Origin: Prasinococcaceae sp. CCMP 1430
Taxonomy: Eukaryota > Plantae > Prasinodermophyta
Length of the DNA: 64,000 bases
Assembly (NCBI GenBank): GCA_013416795.1
Contig: RQSC01001236.1
Location: 85,780-149,779 of the forward strand
Direction of reading: 5' to 3'
In this document: in pieces, positions 53,096-64,000 of the stretch
How the letters are laid out: every line of letters starts with the position of its first letter
How positions within the stretch are numbered: position 1 is the first letter of the stretch
Notes under the pieces: generated by a model
Told to the model about the DNA's origin: nothing
The model's input: only the letters and a program-made list of their open reading frames with translations
Database searches by the model: none
Program-made: the position numbers and the translations under genes

Positions 53096-55168
53096 TCAGA
53101 GCGACGCGCGCGACATGGATATATTGGTGACGTCAAGCTCTCGGCGCATCTGCGCCTCGTCCCACGTGTGGTACGGCAGGCCCTCGGCTTCCAGAGCGCG
53201 CTCTGCGACCTGACCCCAGTACTCGCTGCACACGACCGGATGGCCGAGCGAAAGCGCCACCGACCGCAGGCGCACGCTGAGCAGCGCCGCCATAACCAAA
53301 TTGTCTGCGGCCTCCTCTAGCGGGTCGGTCGAGTGGAGGGAGTCGATGAACTGTGCGCGAGCCGAGCCGCACGCGCGCACACCGACAGACACAGGAGTCA
53401 GGGCCCAGCCACGCACGCGCCAATCTCCGCATGCGAGCTCGCCAACTCACCTGTTGTATGTTCTTGTCCCCCAGAAGATCCCTACCGTACGTGTCATACC
53501 CGAAACGGCAGAGCTTGTAGCAGACGTCCATGTCCATGTGCTTGGACTTGTAGCCGCCTACGCGGCAGAGGCGCAGCACGGCGTCACGGTCGCCGCGCGC
53601 GATGGCTGCGTACAGGATGCACGCCGACAGGCGCTCGCCGCGCGTGAGCTGCTTGGTGGCGCCAAAGTCGATCAGTCCCACGCGCCCGTCGGGCAGCAGC
53701 AGGAAGTTGCCACCGTGCGGGTCCGCCTGGAAGCAGCCATCTATCAGCAGCTGGTGGCCGTGCACGCGCATGAGCACGTCCATGATGCGCGGGGCGTTGG
53801 GTGGCGGCATAGTTTGCCGCCGCCCGACCCGCCGCAGCCCAAGCGGGCGCGCGAAAGCCGCGTTGCACAGCGCGCCTCCTGCGTTGTGCACGGCATCACG
53901 CGCGCGCAGCCAGGTGGCGTAGGCCGCCACGCGCCGCGCGGAAGGGCCCTCGTAGCGAGGCGCGACGCCACGCTCATCAAGCTCGCGTCTTTTTCGCGCC
54001 TCGAACTCCGCCAGCGTCACGCCCTCACGCGCGGCCACGCCGCGGGCATAGTCACGCACACCGTCAACAAGCTTGGGTCCGGGTAGCATTTCCATCACAA
54101 GCATGCGGCGCGTGCACAGAGGGAGCTCGGGGCGCGGCACGGCCACCTCGCGTGGGAGGAAGCCGCCCTTGGTCAGATTGGAGCGCACGCTGGCGAGGTT
54201 CTCCGCCTCGCGGCGGTAGTCGAACTCTCCCTCCAGCGACCGCGTGAGCTCGTCGAGCATGATGAGCTGCTCGGGGGCGAACATCGCGCAGAAGGTGCGG
54301 ATTGTCGACATGTCAAGCGCGAAGCTGCGCTCTGCGTCTGGATATTGCACCTTGACTGCGACCTCGCGTGTCCTTCCCCCCGTGGTGGTCGGCCGAAGCG
54401 TGGCGCGGTGCACCTGCCCGATCGACGCCGATCCCAGCGGCTCCTCGTCAAACGACTCGAAAAGATCCATCGGCGCAACGCCCGTCTCTTCGCGCACGGT
54501 CTGCAGGACGTCCGCCGCTGGCCGCGGCGGCACGTCGTCCTCGAGCTCGCGCAGCTTGTCGCTCCACGCCGCCGACAGGTTGGCCGTCAGGCCGGCGCCC
54601 ATTTGGCCGTACTGAGCAACGCACGGGTCAGCAGCGACGTCGCCGGGGAAGCAGGATGCAGGGCGCCAGAGCACCGCTGCGAGCACCAGCTGCGATTGTG
54701 GTGTCTCGCGCGAGATGAGCGCGCGGGGATGCTCACCTTGACGTACATGCCCTTGAGCTCCTTGAGCATGTCCACCACGCCATCGACGTACTTTCTGCAC
54801 GTGCGCGAGCGCGCGCGGAGCAGGCGTGGGTAGGGATGGGGTGGATGAGGGCTTGCGTCAGCGTGGCGCGCGCGGGGCGCACGGGAGCGCGCAAGTGGCG
54901 AATGCGTGCGATGGCATGTCCTTCTCGCTCACCTATCGAGCGCGTCCCACTCCGACTTCGCCTCCTCTTCGCTGGCGGGTGGGAAGTACTTCTGCTTCTG
55001 CTCGACGTAGCGGTAGTGCGCAACTGCGGGGCCTGCGGTGAGATACAGTCGCGCGGCGCGCGCCGCGCCGTCGCGGCCTGCATCGTCGGCGAGCGCGTAC
55101 GCCGTGCTCGCCGCGCAGCCAACGCCGGCGAAGCTCACGATGGCGCCGCGCAGCAGCAGCGTAAGCAT
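53096..55168 (-). CDS. ABC1/AarF atypical kinase (ADCK-like), at least 4 exons
   Basis: LKGMYVK|YGQ, EPLGSASIGQVHRATL, VAVKVQYP, FQADPHGGN, LIDFG. Confidence 0.9.
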
Positions 55169-55430
55169 GCCGCTGCCTCGCCGTCAGGCCAGGCAGGCAC
55201 CCCGCCCACTCCGAGACCGCGGGAGCGACCCTGGCCCCGCTCCGCGCGGCAGCCGGGCCCCAGACTCCGACCCCCCTGCCTGCGTCCCGCCGCCCTGGCC
55301 ACCCGCCACGCGCTGAGAGACCGCCCGGGCTGCCCCGCGGCGCTGCGCCGGCAGCGCACCAGCGGGCGCGCGAAGTGGCGCACCGGCGAGCGCGCAGCCA
55401 ACTCTCGCCGCTGGCGCTAAAGTATACTGT

Positions 55431-55447
55431 AAACCCTGACCCTAAAA
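55431..55447. promoter_or_regulatory. Telo-box-like AAACCCTGACCCTAAAA upstream of the ABC1 kinase
   Basis: Degenerate tandem telomere-like units. Confidence 0.4.
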
Positions 55448-55599
55448 GCTCGGAACGGTCGGAACCGCTGCTGCTGAGGTAGGGCGCGCCCTCGCGCGGG
55501 TGTGGCTGGGGCGGCGAGGCGGGAGTGTAGGCGTTCTCGTAATTTACAGGGTGGGGGAAGGGGGCAGGCGGGGGTAGGGGGCGCCCAGCGTGGCCGCGA

Positions 55600-56444
55600 T
55601 CAGAGCTCGCCGCACTGCGAGATGGTGCACGGGTAGCGCGGCTTGTTGGTGCGCGCGTCGCAGCTGACGGCCTCGAGCTTGCGCACGGTGAGCATGCCGT
55701 CGCCGACGACGCGGCCAAAGACGACGTGCTTGCCGTCGAGCCAGTCGGCCTTGGCGAGTGTGATGAAGAACTGGCAGCCATTGGAGTCGGGGCCCGAGTT
55801 GGCCATCGACAGCAGGCCCGGGCCCGTGTGCGTAGCCAAGAAGTTCTCGTCCTCGAACTTGCCGCCCGGACCGCCGTAGATGCTGAACGCGCCGGTGCCG
55901 TCGCCGTTGACGAAGTCGCCACCCTGCACCATGAAGTCCTTGATAATGCGATGAAAAGAGCAGCCCTGCACGCGTTGGACGAGGCGGATGGGAAGGGCGT
56001 GTCGAGGGAAGATGGCGCAGTCAGCAACGAGAACAACCCCAGGCCGGCGCCCCCGCGGCGCCTCCCGCGCTTGTTGGCACCGACTTCGCGCTTGTGCACA
56101 GTTCACATCGGCACCTGCGCCCCGCCCGCAAACCCACGCACACTGGAGCGTGCGCGCACCGCCAGCAGGGTGCCCCGCCCGCCTCCGCCGCGCGCGCACG
56201 CCACCCCACCTACCTTGTACCCCATCGGCACGCCACCGCGCCGGTGCTCGCCCGTGCACAGCTGCCGGAAGTTCTCGCACGTCTTCGGGCAGACGTCGGC
56301 GAAGAGCTCAAAAGCGACGCGCCCGCCGGGCGTGCCCGCGAGAGCGACGTCGAAGAAGACGATTGGGTTTCCCGCGACGGGCGGCCGCTCGTGCCACACC
56401 ACCTCGCCTTGCGGCGGCGGCGGCGGCGGCGGCTCCGCCGGCAT
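55600..56444 (-). CDS. PPIH: Spliceosomal cyclophilin H (U4/U6 20K-like PPIase), one intron
   Basis: [30 protein letters not shown]|[52 protein letters not shown]. Confidence 0.9.
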
Positions 56445-56687
56445 CGCGGCGCCCCGCGACGCCGATGCGCCGGGCACGCGCTGTGGCGCGCCCTACCCAA
56501 AACTCTCGGTCGCCGCCCAACCAGCGAGGGTTTAAGGTTTAATGTGTAGGGTTTATATACAGTACAAAACGTTTAAAACGCCCTTCAAATCATTACACGC
56601 TCGAGTGGTGTGTCAGCACTGACACTGCAACCGTCGCGCCGCGACGTCCGGGACGGTGTGCGGCAGGAACGCGCGCTCCTCTGTCGC

Positions 56688-58487
56688 TCAGGAGGGCGCG
56701 GAGAGACGCGTGAGCGTGAAGACGTCGCTCGTGACGAACGACTCGCCAAGATCGAGCTTATCCGGCGCGACCGAGCACTCCCAAGCAGCTGCTGCGTCGC
56801 CTCCCGAGCCAGCCGCGCCCGAGACGACCGCGAAGCGCTTGAGGTAGGCGGTGAGCATCGCCAGGGCGAGGCTCTTCGCAGGGCAGTTGCGCGAATCCTT
56901 TGCCGAGTGCGGACACTTGGCAGGCTCGGCAAACGCGACTGACAGGCGCTCGTAGTCGGCGTCAGCACGTGACAGGCTGAAGCTGAATGCATCCTCCGAC
57001 CACACTGTCTTGTCGAAGCCGGCTGCCGCCACCACCGCGGCTTCGTGCTCCGCCTTGCCGGGCTTGGGCGCAGGGTTAATCGCATTCACCTGAAAGGCCT
57101 GGGGCACGAAGCGCACCATCTCAAGCGCAAATGCATCGGCGTTGTCCTCAGAGAGCTTCACGCCACCGGGCGGCACAGTGCGTGCCTTGCTGTCTGCGGA
57201 GTAGAGCGTTGCCAGCGCCGACTTGATGAGGGTGGGCACCATCTGCCCACCGGCAAAGACCATGCTGTCGAGGAAGCCGGACACCACGAGTTTCTGCTGG
57301 TCGGTCGACAGCTGGTTGTATCGCTCTCCAAACTTGGCCTTGAGCGCAGCGCTGAGCTTTGGCAGCAGCTTCGCACGACGGCGGGGCATACCCGCCACGT
57401 CAACGCCGGCGAGCAGCCCCAGTACGCGCGCTGTGATGAAGCGCAGCGGACCGGTCACAAGGAACGAAGGCGACAGCGCCGACACGAGCATGCCACGCTG
57501 CAGCTTGCGAAAGTCCTCGGCAAAGGTGCGATCGATGTCCATCCCGAAGTGCTGCTTGAATAGCAGCGTGGCGGTAAATTGGTCGATGTCCATTGGCTCA
57601 ATGCGCTGGGTGTCTGTCGGCAGCGCGGCCGCGGCGGCAGCGGTGATGTCCGCCGCCACCCACGCGCCGTCGCCTAGCGCCTCGTCTAAAAAGGGTCGCA
57701 CGACGGCGTGCGATGCCGAGTCTGCGCCTAGAATTGCTACGGGCGCGAGGCCCGCCGCTTTCAGCTCGGGCCACGCGGTGCCGTTCGCCAGGTCGTCTCC
57801 CAGGTAGTTGCGACGAGTCCAGCCGCTCGTGCCGCCTTCCTGCAGCCTGTCTGGCATTTCCTGGAGCCATTCCACGCACGCGGAATGCGTTATTGCGGCA
57901 CGCGTCGCGTCGGGCGCCGCGGCGACGTCCGCATAGCCACCTTTGCATGGCTTCGGCAGCGCCTGCACCTTGCCGAGCGCTCCAGGCGCCGGCGTGACTG
58001 CTCCATTCCCGTCAGGCTCCGCCTGCATCGTGAAATCTATCCCCTGTCGCACCCAGGTTTTTGCGACCTCTTGTACTCGCTCGGCGTGGCGGCCCGTCGC
58101 ACGCAAGCGCGACCGCTTGTCCGGCGCTCGCAGTGGCGCCCGTGCGGCGTCCGGCGCCCGCCTCTTTCTCGTGCGCCTCCCTTGGCGCCCGCGCCTGCCG
58201 CCCCGAGCCTGCGACCGCGCGCGGTTGAGGTTTACGGCCACGCGAGCGTCCTCTTGCCGCACGCGCCCAGCCGTCCCACTCCCTCGGGTCCCACTCACAG
58301 CCCCGCGCAGCGCCCCGGCACGCTCTTTTGATATGGATGTGACTTCATCAACCGGAGTCGGATTTGGCTGGAAGCTCGCCCTTGGTCTTGCGTCTTCCGG
58401 TCGAGCTGTCAACGCAGAATCTGCCCGGATCTGCGCATCGGTCGCCGCCGTGCGGCGCGGGCCTTGACACGTGGACCACGCGGCCAC
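56688..58487 (-). CDS. Divergent cytochrome P450-fold heme-thiolate protein, CYP74-like; first in-frame ATG at 58028
   Basis: I-helix-like SMVFAGG, ExxR (LEMVRF), Cys pocket FAEPAKCPHSAKDSRNCPAK. Confidence 0.6.
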   Translation of the reverse strand: MAAWSTCQGPRRTAATDAQIRADSALTARPEDARPRASFQPNPTPVDEVTSISKERAGALRGAVSGTRGSGTAGRVRQEDARVAVNLNRARSQARGGRRGRQGRRTRKRRAPDAARAPLRAPDKRSRLRATGRHAERVQEVAKTWVRQGIDFTMQAEPDGNGAVTPAPGALGKVQALPKPCKGGYADVAAAPDATRAAITHSACVEWLQEMPDRLQEGGTSGWTRRNYLGDDLANGTAWPELKAAGLAPVAILGADSASHAVVRPFLDEALGDGAWVAADITAAAAAALPTDTQRIEPMDIDQFTATLLFKQHFGMDIDRTFAEDFRKLQRGMLVSALSPSFLVTGPLRFITARVLGLLAGVDVAGMPRRRAKLLPKLSAALKAKFGERYNQLSTDQQKLVVSGFLDSMVFAGGQMVPTLIKSALATLYSADSKARTVPPGGVKLSEDNADAFALEMVRFVPQAFQVNAINPAPKPGKAEHEAAVVAAAGFDKTVWSEDAFSFSLSRADADYERLSVAFAEPAKCPHSAKDSRNCPAKSLALAMLTAYLKRFAVVSGAAGSGGDAAAAWECSVAPDKLDLGESFVTSDVFTLTRLSAPS

Positions 58488-58946
58488 GTCACATAGGAAC
58501 GCTCGAGGACCAGGCCACCACCTTGACTCTCCCGTGGGTGGCAGTGGCGGGCGTCCATGAGGATTTCACCTCTATGGCTGTGGCGGTGGCCGATCGCGTT
58601 CCCCCATTTTTCTGCGCGAGATCGGATCATTGGATTGCTCAGTCTAATTACGCGTCGTGGCGGCTCGCAGAATGGGCGTGCAATGAATGCCCCGAGGGTG
58701 TGGTTGCTTCCGAATCATTGGCCGCATGAGCGACGTCCATGCCACGTGCTGCGCACGTGATGCGTGCAGTACGAGCGGATCCGACGGTTTGGGGGGAGGA
58801 GCGGGGGGCGTGCGATGCGGAGCGCCCGCTGGGCTGCCACACAGCGCGCAGCCGCCGCGCCCTGCCACCGCTGCCGCGGGTCCGGCGGGGCGACCGGCGA
58901 TGCGGTCTGCGGCTGCGAAGCGGGCTGCCTGCGCCAGCGCCTTGAA

Positions 58947-61900
58947 ATGCGCGCTCCTGCCGCGGCGGAGCTGCCGCTCATGGGGCAGGCGGACGGCTTC
59001 CGAGCAGCACGACCTGCACTGACGGTATCCCGCTCGTGCCGTCTTGCGCTCCGTGGTCTTGCACTCCTTCTCTTGCGTTGCAGCTTGGCAGCTGGCAGCG
59101 GTCCCGGTGACGGCGTGCGCTGGGCGACCCGCCGCTCGCTCCGCGGTGGCCGCGCCGGTTTCTGCCTGGAATTTGGGGCCGGTTGCTTCGCGACTGACTG
59201 CCTTGACAAGCGCCTCGCCGTGGGGGTGCGAGACTGCTATGACCGCTCGAGCGAGCTGCTTCCCGTTGGTCCGGTCATCGACGTCACGTTCGGCGAGTCC
59301 GTGTCGATCAGGGTCGTCAACAGGGTGCAGTACACTGACTCTGGCGATCCGTCCTTCTACTCGAGCTTTCCCGGTTGCGAGCCTGGCGACGACATTGACC
59401 TGAGCGCGCTGCCGGCGAACGTGTCGGACAACGACTACCCGGGCATCTCCATCCACTGGCACGGCATTAACCAGAACGGGAGCCAGTGGTACGATGGGAC
59501 GGCGTACTTCACGCAGTGCCCGACGGTGTATGGCAACGAGCTCACTTACGATTTCGAAATCAACGATAAGCCGGGGACGTACTGGTATCACGCACACGTA
59601 CAGGACCTGGCCAGCGATGGCATGCAGGGCGCTTTGATTATCCGCGAGCGTACGAGCGGCGTGGGCACACCGGGCACATGCGAGGACGACTGGGATAAGA
59701 GCCTCACCAACGGCGAGCCTGTGCACGAGCTCGGGCCGCTGACGGTGATCGACTGGTACAACAAGTCCTGGCTAGCAATCCACAACGGCCTGTGGAATCC
59801 GGACTTCAAGCTGCCCCACCGCGCGCAGTCCCTCATCTTCAACGGCCGGGGCTTCGCGGCCGCTGCTGCCGGACGCGCCTTTGGAGATCGCGCGGGGCGC
59901 TACCTGCCGCTCGACCCGAGCGATGCTGACTGCCCGCGCACAGAGTCATTCCAGGCAGCATTTACCCAGCTCACAGTGGAGCCCGGCAAGTGGTATAGGC
60001 TTCGTGTCATCAACCAGGGCAACTTCTGGCAGCAGATGCTTGCGATCGATGGGCACAGCTTCTACGTGATCGAGGCCGACGCCGCGTGCGTCGACTGGCG
60101 CAGGCTAGGCGCCCGCAACTGGATTCCAATCAACCTGGCACAGCGCTACTCGCTACTGTTCAAGGCGGACAACCCGCGTGGCGATCGACAGACATTTACT
60201 ATCAGCTTCAGCACCACTTTCAACCGACTTCATGGCATCCTCAACAAGGTGCTCTTCAACGTAACCTACGACCAAGTTGCGGCGCCATGCCAGCTCGGCG
60301 CAGACACCGCGCTCGTTGGCGACAACGGCGAGGCGATATCCTGCTTTGACTACGTCGACACCGGTCCCGGCGGCGACCGCCTCGTCGGCCTGGGCTACGA
60401 GGGCGCTCTGCTGAACCCATCGGGCGTCGTGGCGCTCCGGTACACGACCTGCGACGAGCGCACGCACGAGCGCTGCGGGCTGATTGACACCTTGCCGCCA
60501 ACGGCGCGCAACGTAGCCATGTCAGGGCCAGACGGCAAGCCGCTCCCGAGCAATAACGGGCTGATCAAGAAATCCCCGTCGCTGAACAGCTTGGTTTTCG
60601 ACTGCGACGCGCACGGCCTCGTGGATGGCCGCGAGCGGCTGGGCTGCTTCCAGCTGGGTGACGGCCGGGATGCCACGCGCTACTTTTCTCCATTCCTCGC
60701 GCCAGTGCAGACGTGGCTCGCGCCCAACAGCAGTGAGGAGGCGCAGAAGGATGGCAAGCTCGACCAGGCGAGCGACTGTCTCTACTGCGACGGCCTCGAC
60801 ACCGACGCACAGGACGCATCGGTCTCGTACGTGCGTGACTCCTTCATCAACAAGCTGAGCACCCCGCTGGGAGTCCCCAGCGTAAGTTACCCGTACCCGC
60901 CGTTTCCGGGCGAGCCCTCACCGGGATTCGAGCTGGACATGACGCCGTTCCCCATGAAGGAAGGTCGCAAGCGCTGGATGCTCTCCGGCACGTCGTTCGA
61001 CTTCAACCAGGATCCGAGTCTGTCCGGCGCTGGGCCGCTGCAGTGCTCGCCTCGTGCCGAGCAGCTCACGCTGCAAGCGCAGGCGACCGGGGACGACTGC
61101 GATGGAGCCGCCTGTTCGCCGACGCCCACGTATTCCACCGTACCCTTCCGTGGCAGCCCCGGTATGTGGGATGCCTGGGGGAACAACGAGACGAGCGGCC
61201 AGGGAGGATGGGGCCAGGGCGCCTCCATGATCCCGTTCGGGACGACGGTGCAGATCACGATTCAGCAGAAAAGCTACAGCAGCAATCTGAACGCGTTCAA
61301 CCCGGTGGGCTTCGAGAATCACGTCTTCCACATGCACGGCTATCACTTCTATGTGCTCGGCGAGGGCCCGCTCAACGCCTCGTACACGCACTACAAGTAT
61401 GACCCGCGCCACTGCCAGGACGGCACGCTCAACTGCAAGGACCCAGTGCTACGGGACACGTACAACGTGTGGCAGAACGGCTGGGCCGTGATCCGTTTCA
61501 AGGCTGACAACCCGGGTTTCTGGTTTTTCCATTGCCACATGGCGTGGCATTTGACCATGGGCCTCGCGACGGCGCTCTTCGTTGAAAGGACGACCGAGGC
61601 GCGTCAGCTCGAAGGCATCAACTTCCAAGAGCTGGCGACGCTGCCGGACGACATTCGCGCAGCGGATCCGACAGGTGCAGGCGGCGGAACGGGCCAGCAG
61701 TGCCGCTTCTCTTGTCCACTGGCCACCGATGACAACGGCGCCCGCGCGGGCGAGGGCGATGAACAGCCCACCGTGACGCTCACCACGGATACCTCGGAGC
61801 CTCTCGTGGCTGGCAAGCGCTTCGCCCCGCCGCTGGAGTGGGCCATCAACGAGGGCTTCGACCCGACCCAGTTCAATTCGTCGCAGCTCCTCTCGAGCGG

Positions 61901-63237
61901 CACCGTCACCATCCAACTCATGTGGTACGACAAGGCGGTGTGGATGCCGGTGTTTGCCACGGAGGACGCCACATCCGGCGCAGATCCGCCGGTGGCTGCC
62001 AGTCGGGGGCGAGTTCGCATTCGCACGCCCGTCCCTAGGCTGCTGCCTGCGGACGGCGCGTACCGGTGGAGAATTACGTTCGCCATCCCCGAGAACCAGG
62101 CTGGCAGGGCGTCCGAGTTCCCCCTATTCGCATATACCGATCCTCTCGAGGTGAGCAACATGCACGCTCGTCCTGTTCTGTCAGGCGGCGGGAATCGGTT
62201 GAGAGCGCGCACTAGTACTAGTCTATCGCTTCGTGACCGGAGGCGCTGACGCCTCGCATTGCATCCGCGCACCGCCGCACCCAAATGCGCAGCTGGTTAA
62301 CCCCGGCGACCGTGCCATGCGCGTGGTGACGCCCCCTGATCGCGCCTGGCGCCTCGGCGAGGCGGTGCCCTCCAAGATTGAGTGGTTTCTTCCAGAGGCT
62401 GGCCTCACCCTCGGCGCGGCTCCAGCGGTGACGGTCGAGCTCTACCGCGTGGACAACCTGCAGCACGCAGCGCACACGCTTGCGTGCTATGCGCCGACGG
62501 GCGAGCGGCGCGGCTCGCTGGTCCCTTTCGACTACCGGCGCGGCGAGCCCTACCTCGGCCAGCCCGGTGGGCCGTGGCTCCCCTCGCCGCCCGACCTCGC
62601 ACAGTCAGGCTCGGGGCGCTCACAGGGCGCAACGCGCTTCCAGATGCGTGTCGCACTCACGCGCTCGTCCACCGCGAGCGCGGCGGCGGCCGGCGACCCC
62701 CCCCTCGAGGCAAATGCCGGCAACTATTCGCTCTTCGGGGTGAGCGCCCCATTCGAGGTGCGGCACGCGCGCGCGAACACCGCCTCGCCGCACCTGCAAT
62801 CGACGTGCGCAGACTCCGTCTCGGGCCCAGGCTACGGCACGTACTGCAACGCCGTGTTCCGCGAAAGTGACGCCCCACTGTGTGGCGCGAAGCACTTTTC
62901 TTGGCTTGGCGGCTGCTCGTGCGACGCGTCGCCGTCCGGCTGCGATTGCCGGCGCGAGAGCGGCACGACGTGTGTGCGCTGCCTTCGAGCGGCTACCAAG
63001 GACGGACAGCCGTGCTGTCCGGACGTCGCACAGACGTGCTTGAACGAGGCCAAGGTCGTCGCCCCGGGCGACCTCGCTGGCTGCCCCGATGATGCTGATG
63101 CTGGAGGTGGTCAGGGTGGCGGAGGAGGAGGAGGGGGCGGAGGTGGTGGAGGAGGAGGCGGAGGCGGGGGTGGAGGAGGAGGTGGGGGCGGGGGTGGAGG
63201 AGGAGGCGGAGGCAGCGGCGGCAGTGGGGGTGGATAG
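58947..63237 (+). CDS. Secreted multicopper oxidase (laccase/ascorbate-oxidase family) with long C-terminal extension; intron 62151-62292; ~1,380 aa
   Basis: All four Cu motifs are present: SIHWHG, TYWYHAH, HVFHMHG, HCHMAWHLTMGL. Hydrophobic N-terminal stretch. The GTGAGC...CTGAC...CGCAG intron joins the 62293-63237 frame. Confidence 0.9.
63107..63234 (+). repeat. Coding poly-Gly tract
   Basis: (GGN)n, about 35-40 Gly codons before the stop. Confidence 0.9.
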
Positions 63238-63878
63238 AGACGAAACGACGCCCGGACCGAACGAATGGCGTCGCGGGGCGCGTCCGCCTCCTTCTGAGAC
63301 ACGCTTCGGCTGAGCAGTCACTTCCTTAGCGCAGACCACGAGAACTTAGTACCATCCATGATAGTACATACTCAGAGCGGCAGCGCGCCGCTCGTAGCAC
63401 GCTCGCTATCAGCGTGACGGTAGACCTCTGGTCTGAGAATATGAGAGCAGATGTGGATTAATCGGCCGGCCCACGCGCGCGCCGCCGTAGGCGCGCGCGT
63501 GCCGACCGGCGGGGCGGGCTCGCGCGGAAGCACCGCCAAATATGATGGCACCATCCAATGGATGGTGCGTCGCCGCCGCACTTATCGATACATAACTGAG
63601 GAGTCCGAGTAGTCAGCGTATCTCTGAGCCCAACCCCCAAAAGGGCGAACGTTGGTCCGCCGGTGCGGTTCGCTCGCCGCGCCGGTCCGCGTCTTTTTGT
63701 CGCGCACGCGCGTGTTGAGCGCACGCGCGCTGGTAGTGTTGGCGCCCGCTCGCGGCAGCGGGGCGCGGCCAGGGGCAGGTGGTGTGTGTGTGTGGGAGGA
63801 GGGGGGGAGGGAGGGGAAGAGGGGAGGCCGCGAGGCGGGGCACACCGCGCGATTCACGCACGCATCCCCTAGTTCGAC

Positions 63879-63910
63879 ATGGCCGCCACCATGATGCGCA
63901 CCTCCCGCCT
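63879..63910 (+). CDS. Possible first exon of the next gene (MAATMMRTSRL, transit-peptide-like)
   Basis: ATG in good context followed by a GTGCGT donor; the rest lies outside the window. Confidence 0.35.
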
Positions 63911-64000
63911 GGTGCGTGCGCGGCGCGCGCGGCGTCGAGGCGGGAGGGACGGGGAGTGGGCGGGCGCCGACTGGGAAGTGCTGGATAGCGCGGGACGCAC

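Noticed and set aside
1-64000. CRISPR arrays, tRNA and rRNA genes, LTR/LINE or viral genes
   Set aside because: No repeat-spacer arrays, no cloverleaf/T-loop patterns, no rRNA tracts, and no RT, integrase or capsid motifs were seen.

Overview
Gene-dense (~30 genes in 64 kb), very GC-rich eukaryotic nuclear DNA, most likely from a green alga. This is inferred from OHP2, an MKK3-type kinase with an NTF2 tail, an LrgB/PLGG1-type transporter, short GT-AG introns with CTGAC branch points, TGTAA poly(A) signals and telo-box-like promoter motifs. Recognisable housekeeping genes include NIFK/Nop15, SRP40/Nopp140, a DNAJB12-like J-protein, DMC1, RPN1, beta-COP, RPL10, EMG1, cyclophilin H and an ABC1 kinase. 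The most notable items are: (1) a complete gene fusing a PARP-type zinc finger, a PADR1 zinc domain and a Pol-beta 8-kDa dRP-lyase domain, with no PARP catalytic or polymerase domain; (2) a 55-nt segment repeated 326 bp downstream as its exact unreversed complement and joined to a 72-nt direct repeat, which is either an assembly artefact or very unusual; (3) a candidate H/ACA snoRNA in the EMG1 intron whose guide matches 18S rRNA next to the EMG1 target site; (4) a truncated DUF6570/Helitron-like Rep ORF and separate Helitron-like hairpin-CTAG ends; (5) a CYP74-like P450 head-to-head with a ~1,380-aa multicopper oxidase; (6) a 2,807-aa intronless coiled-coil protein with KEN/D-box motifs and a hydrophobic C-terminus; (7) a RING-ankyrin-2OG oxygenase beside a second 2OG oxygenase and a DOT1-like methyltransferase. 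All family calls come from motif recognition by eye; no database search was run.
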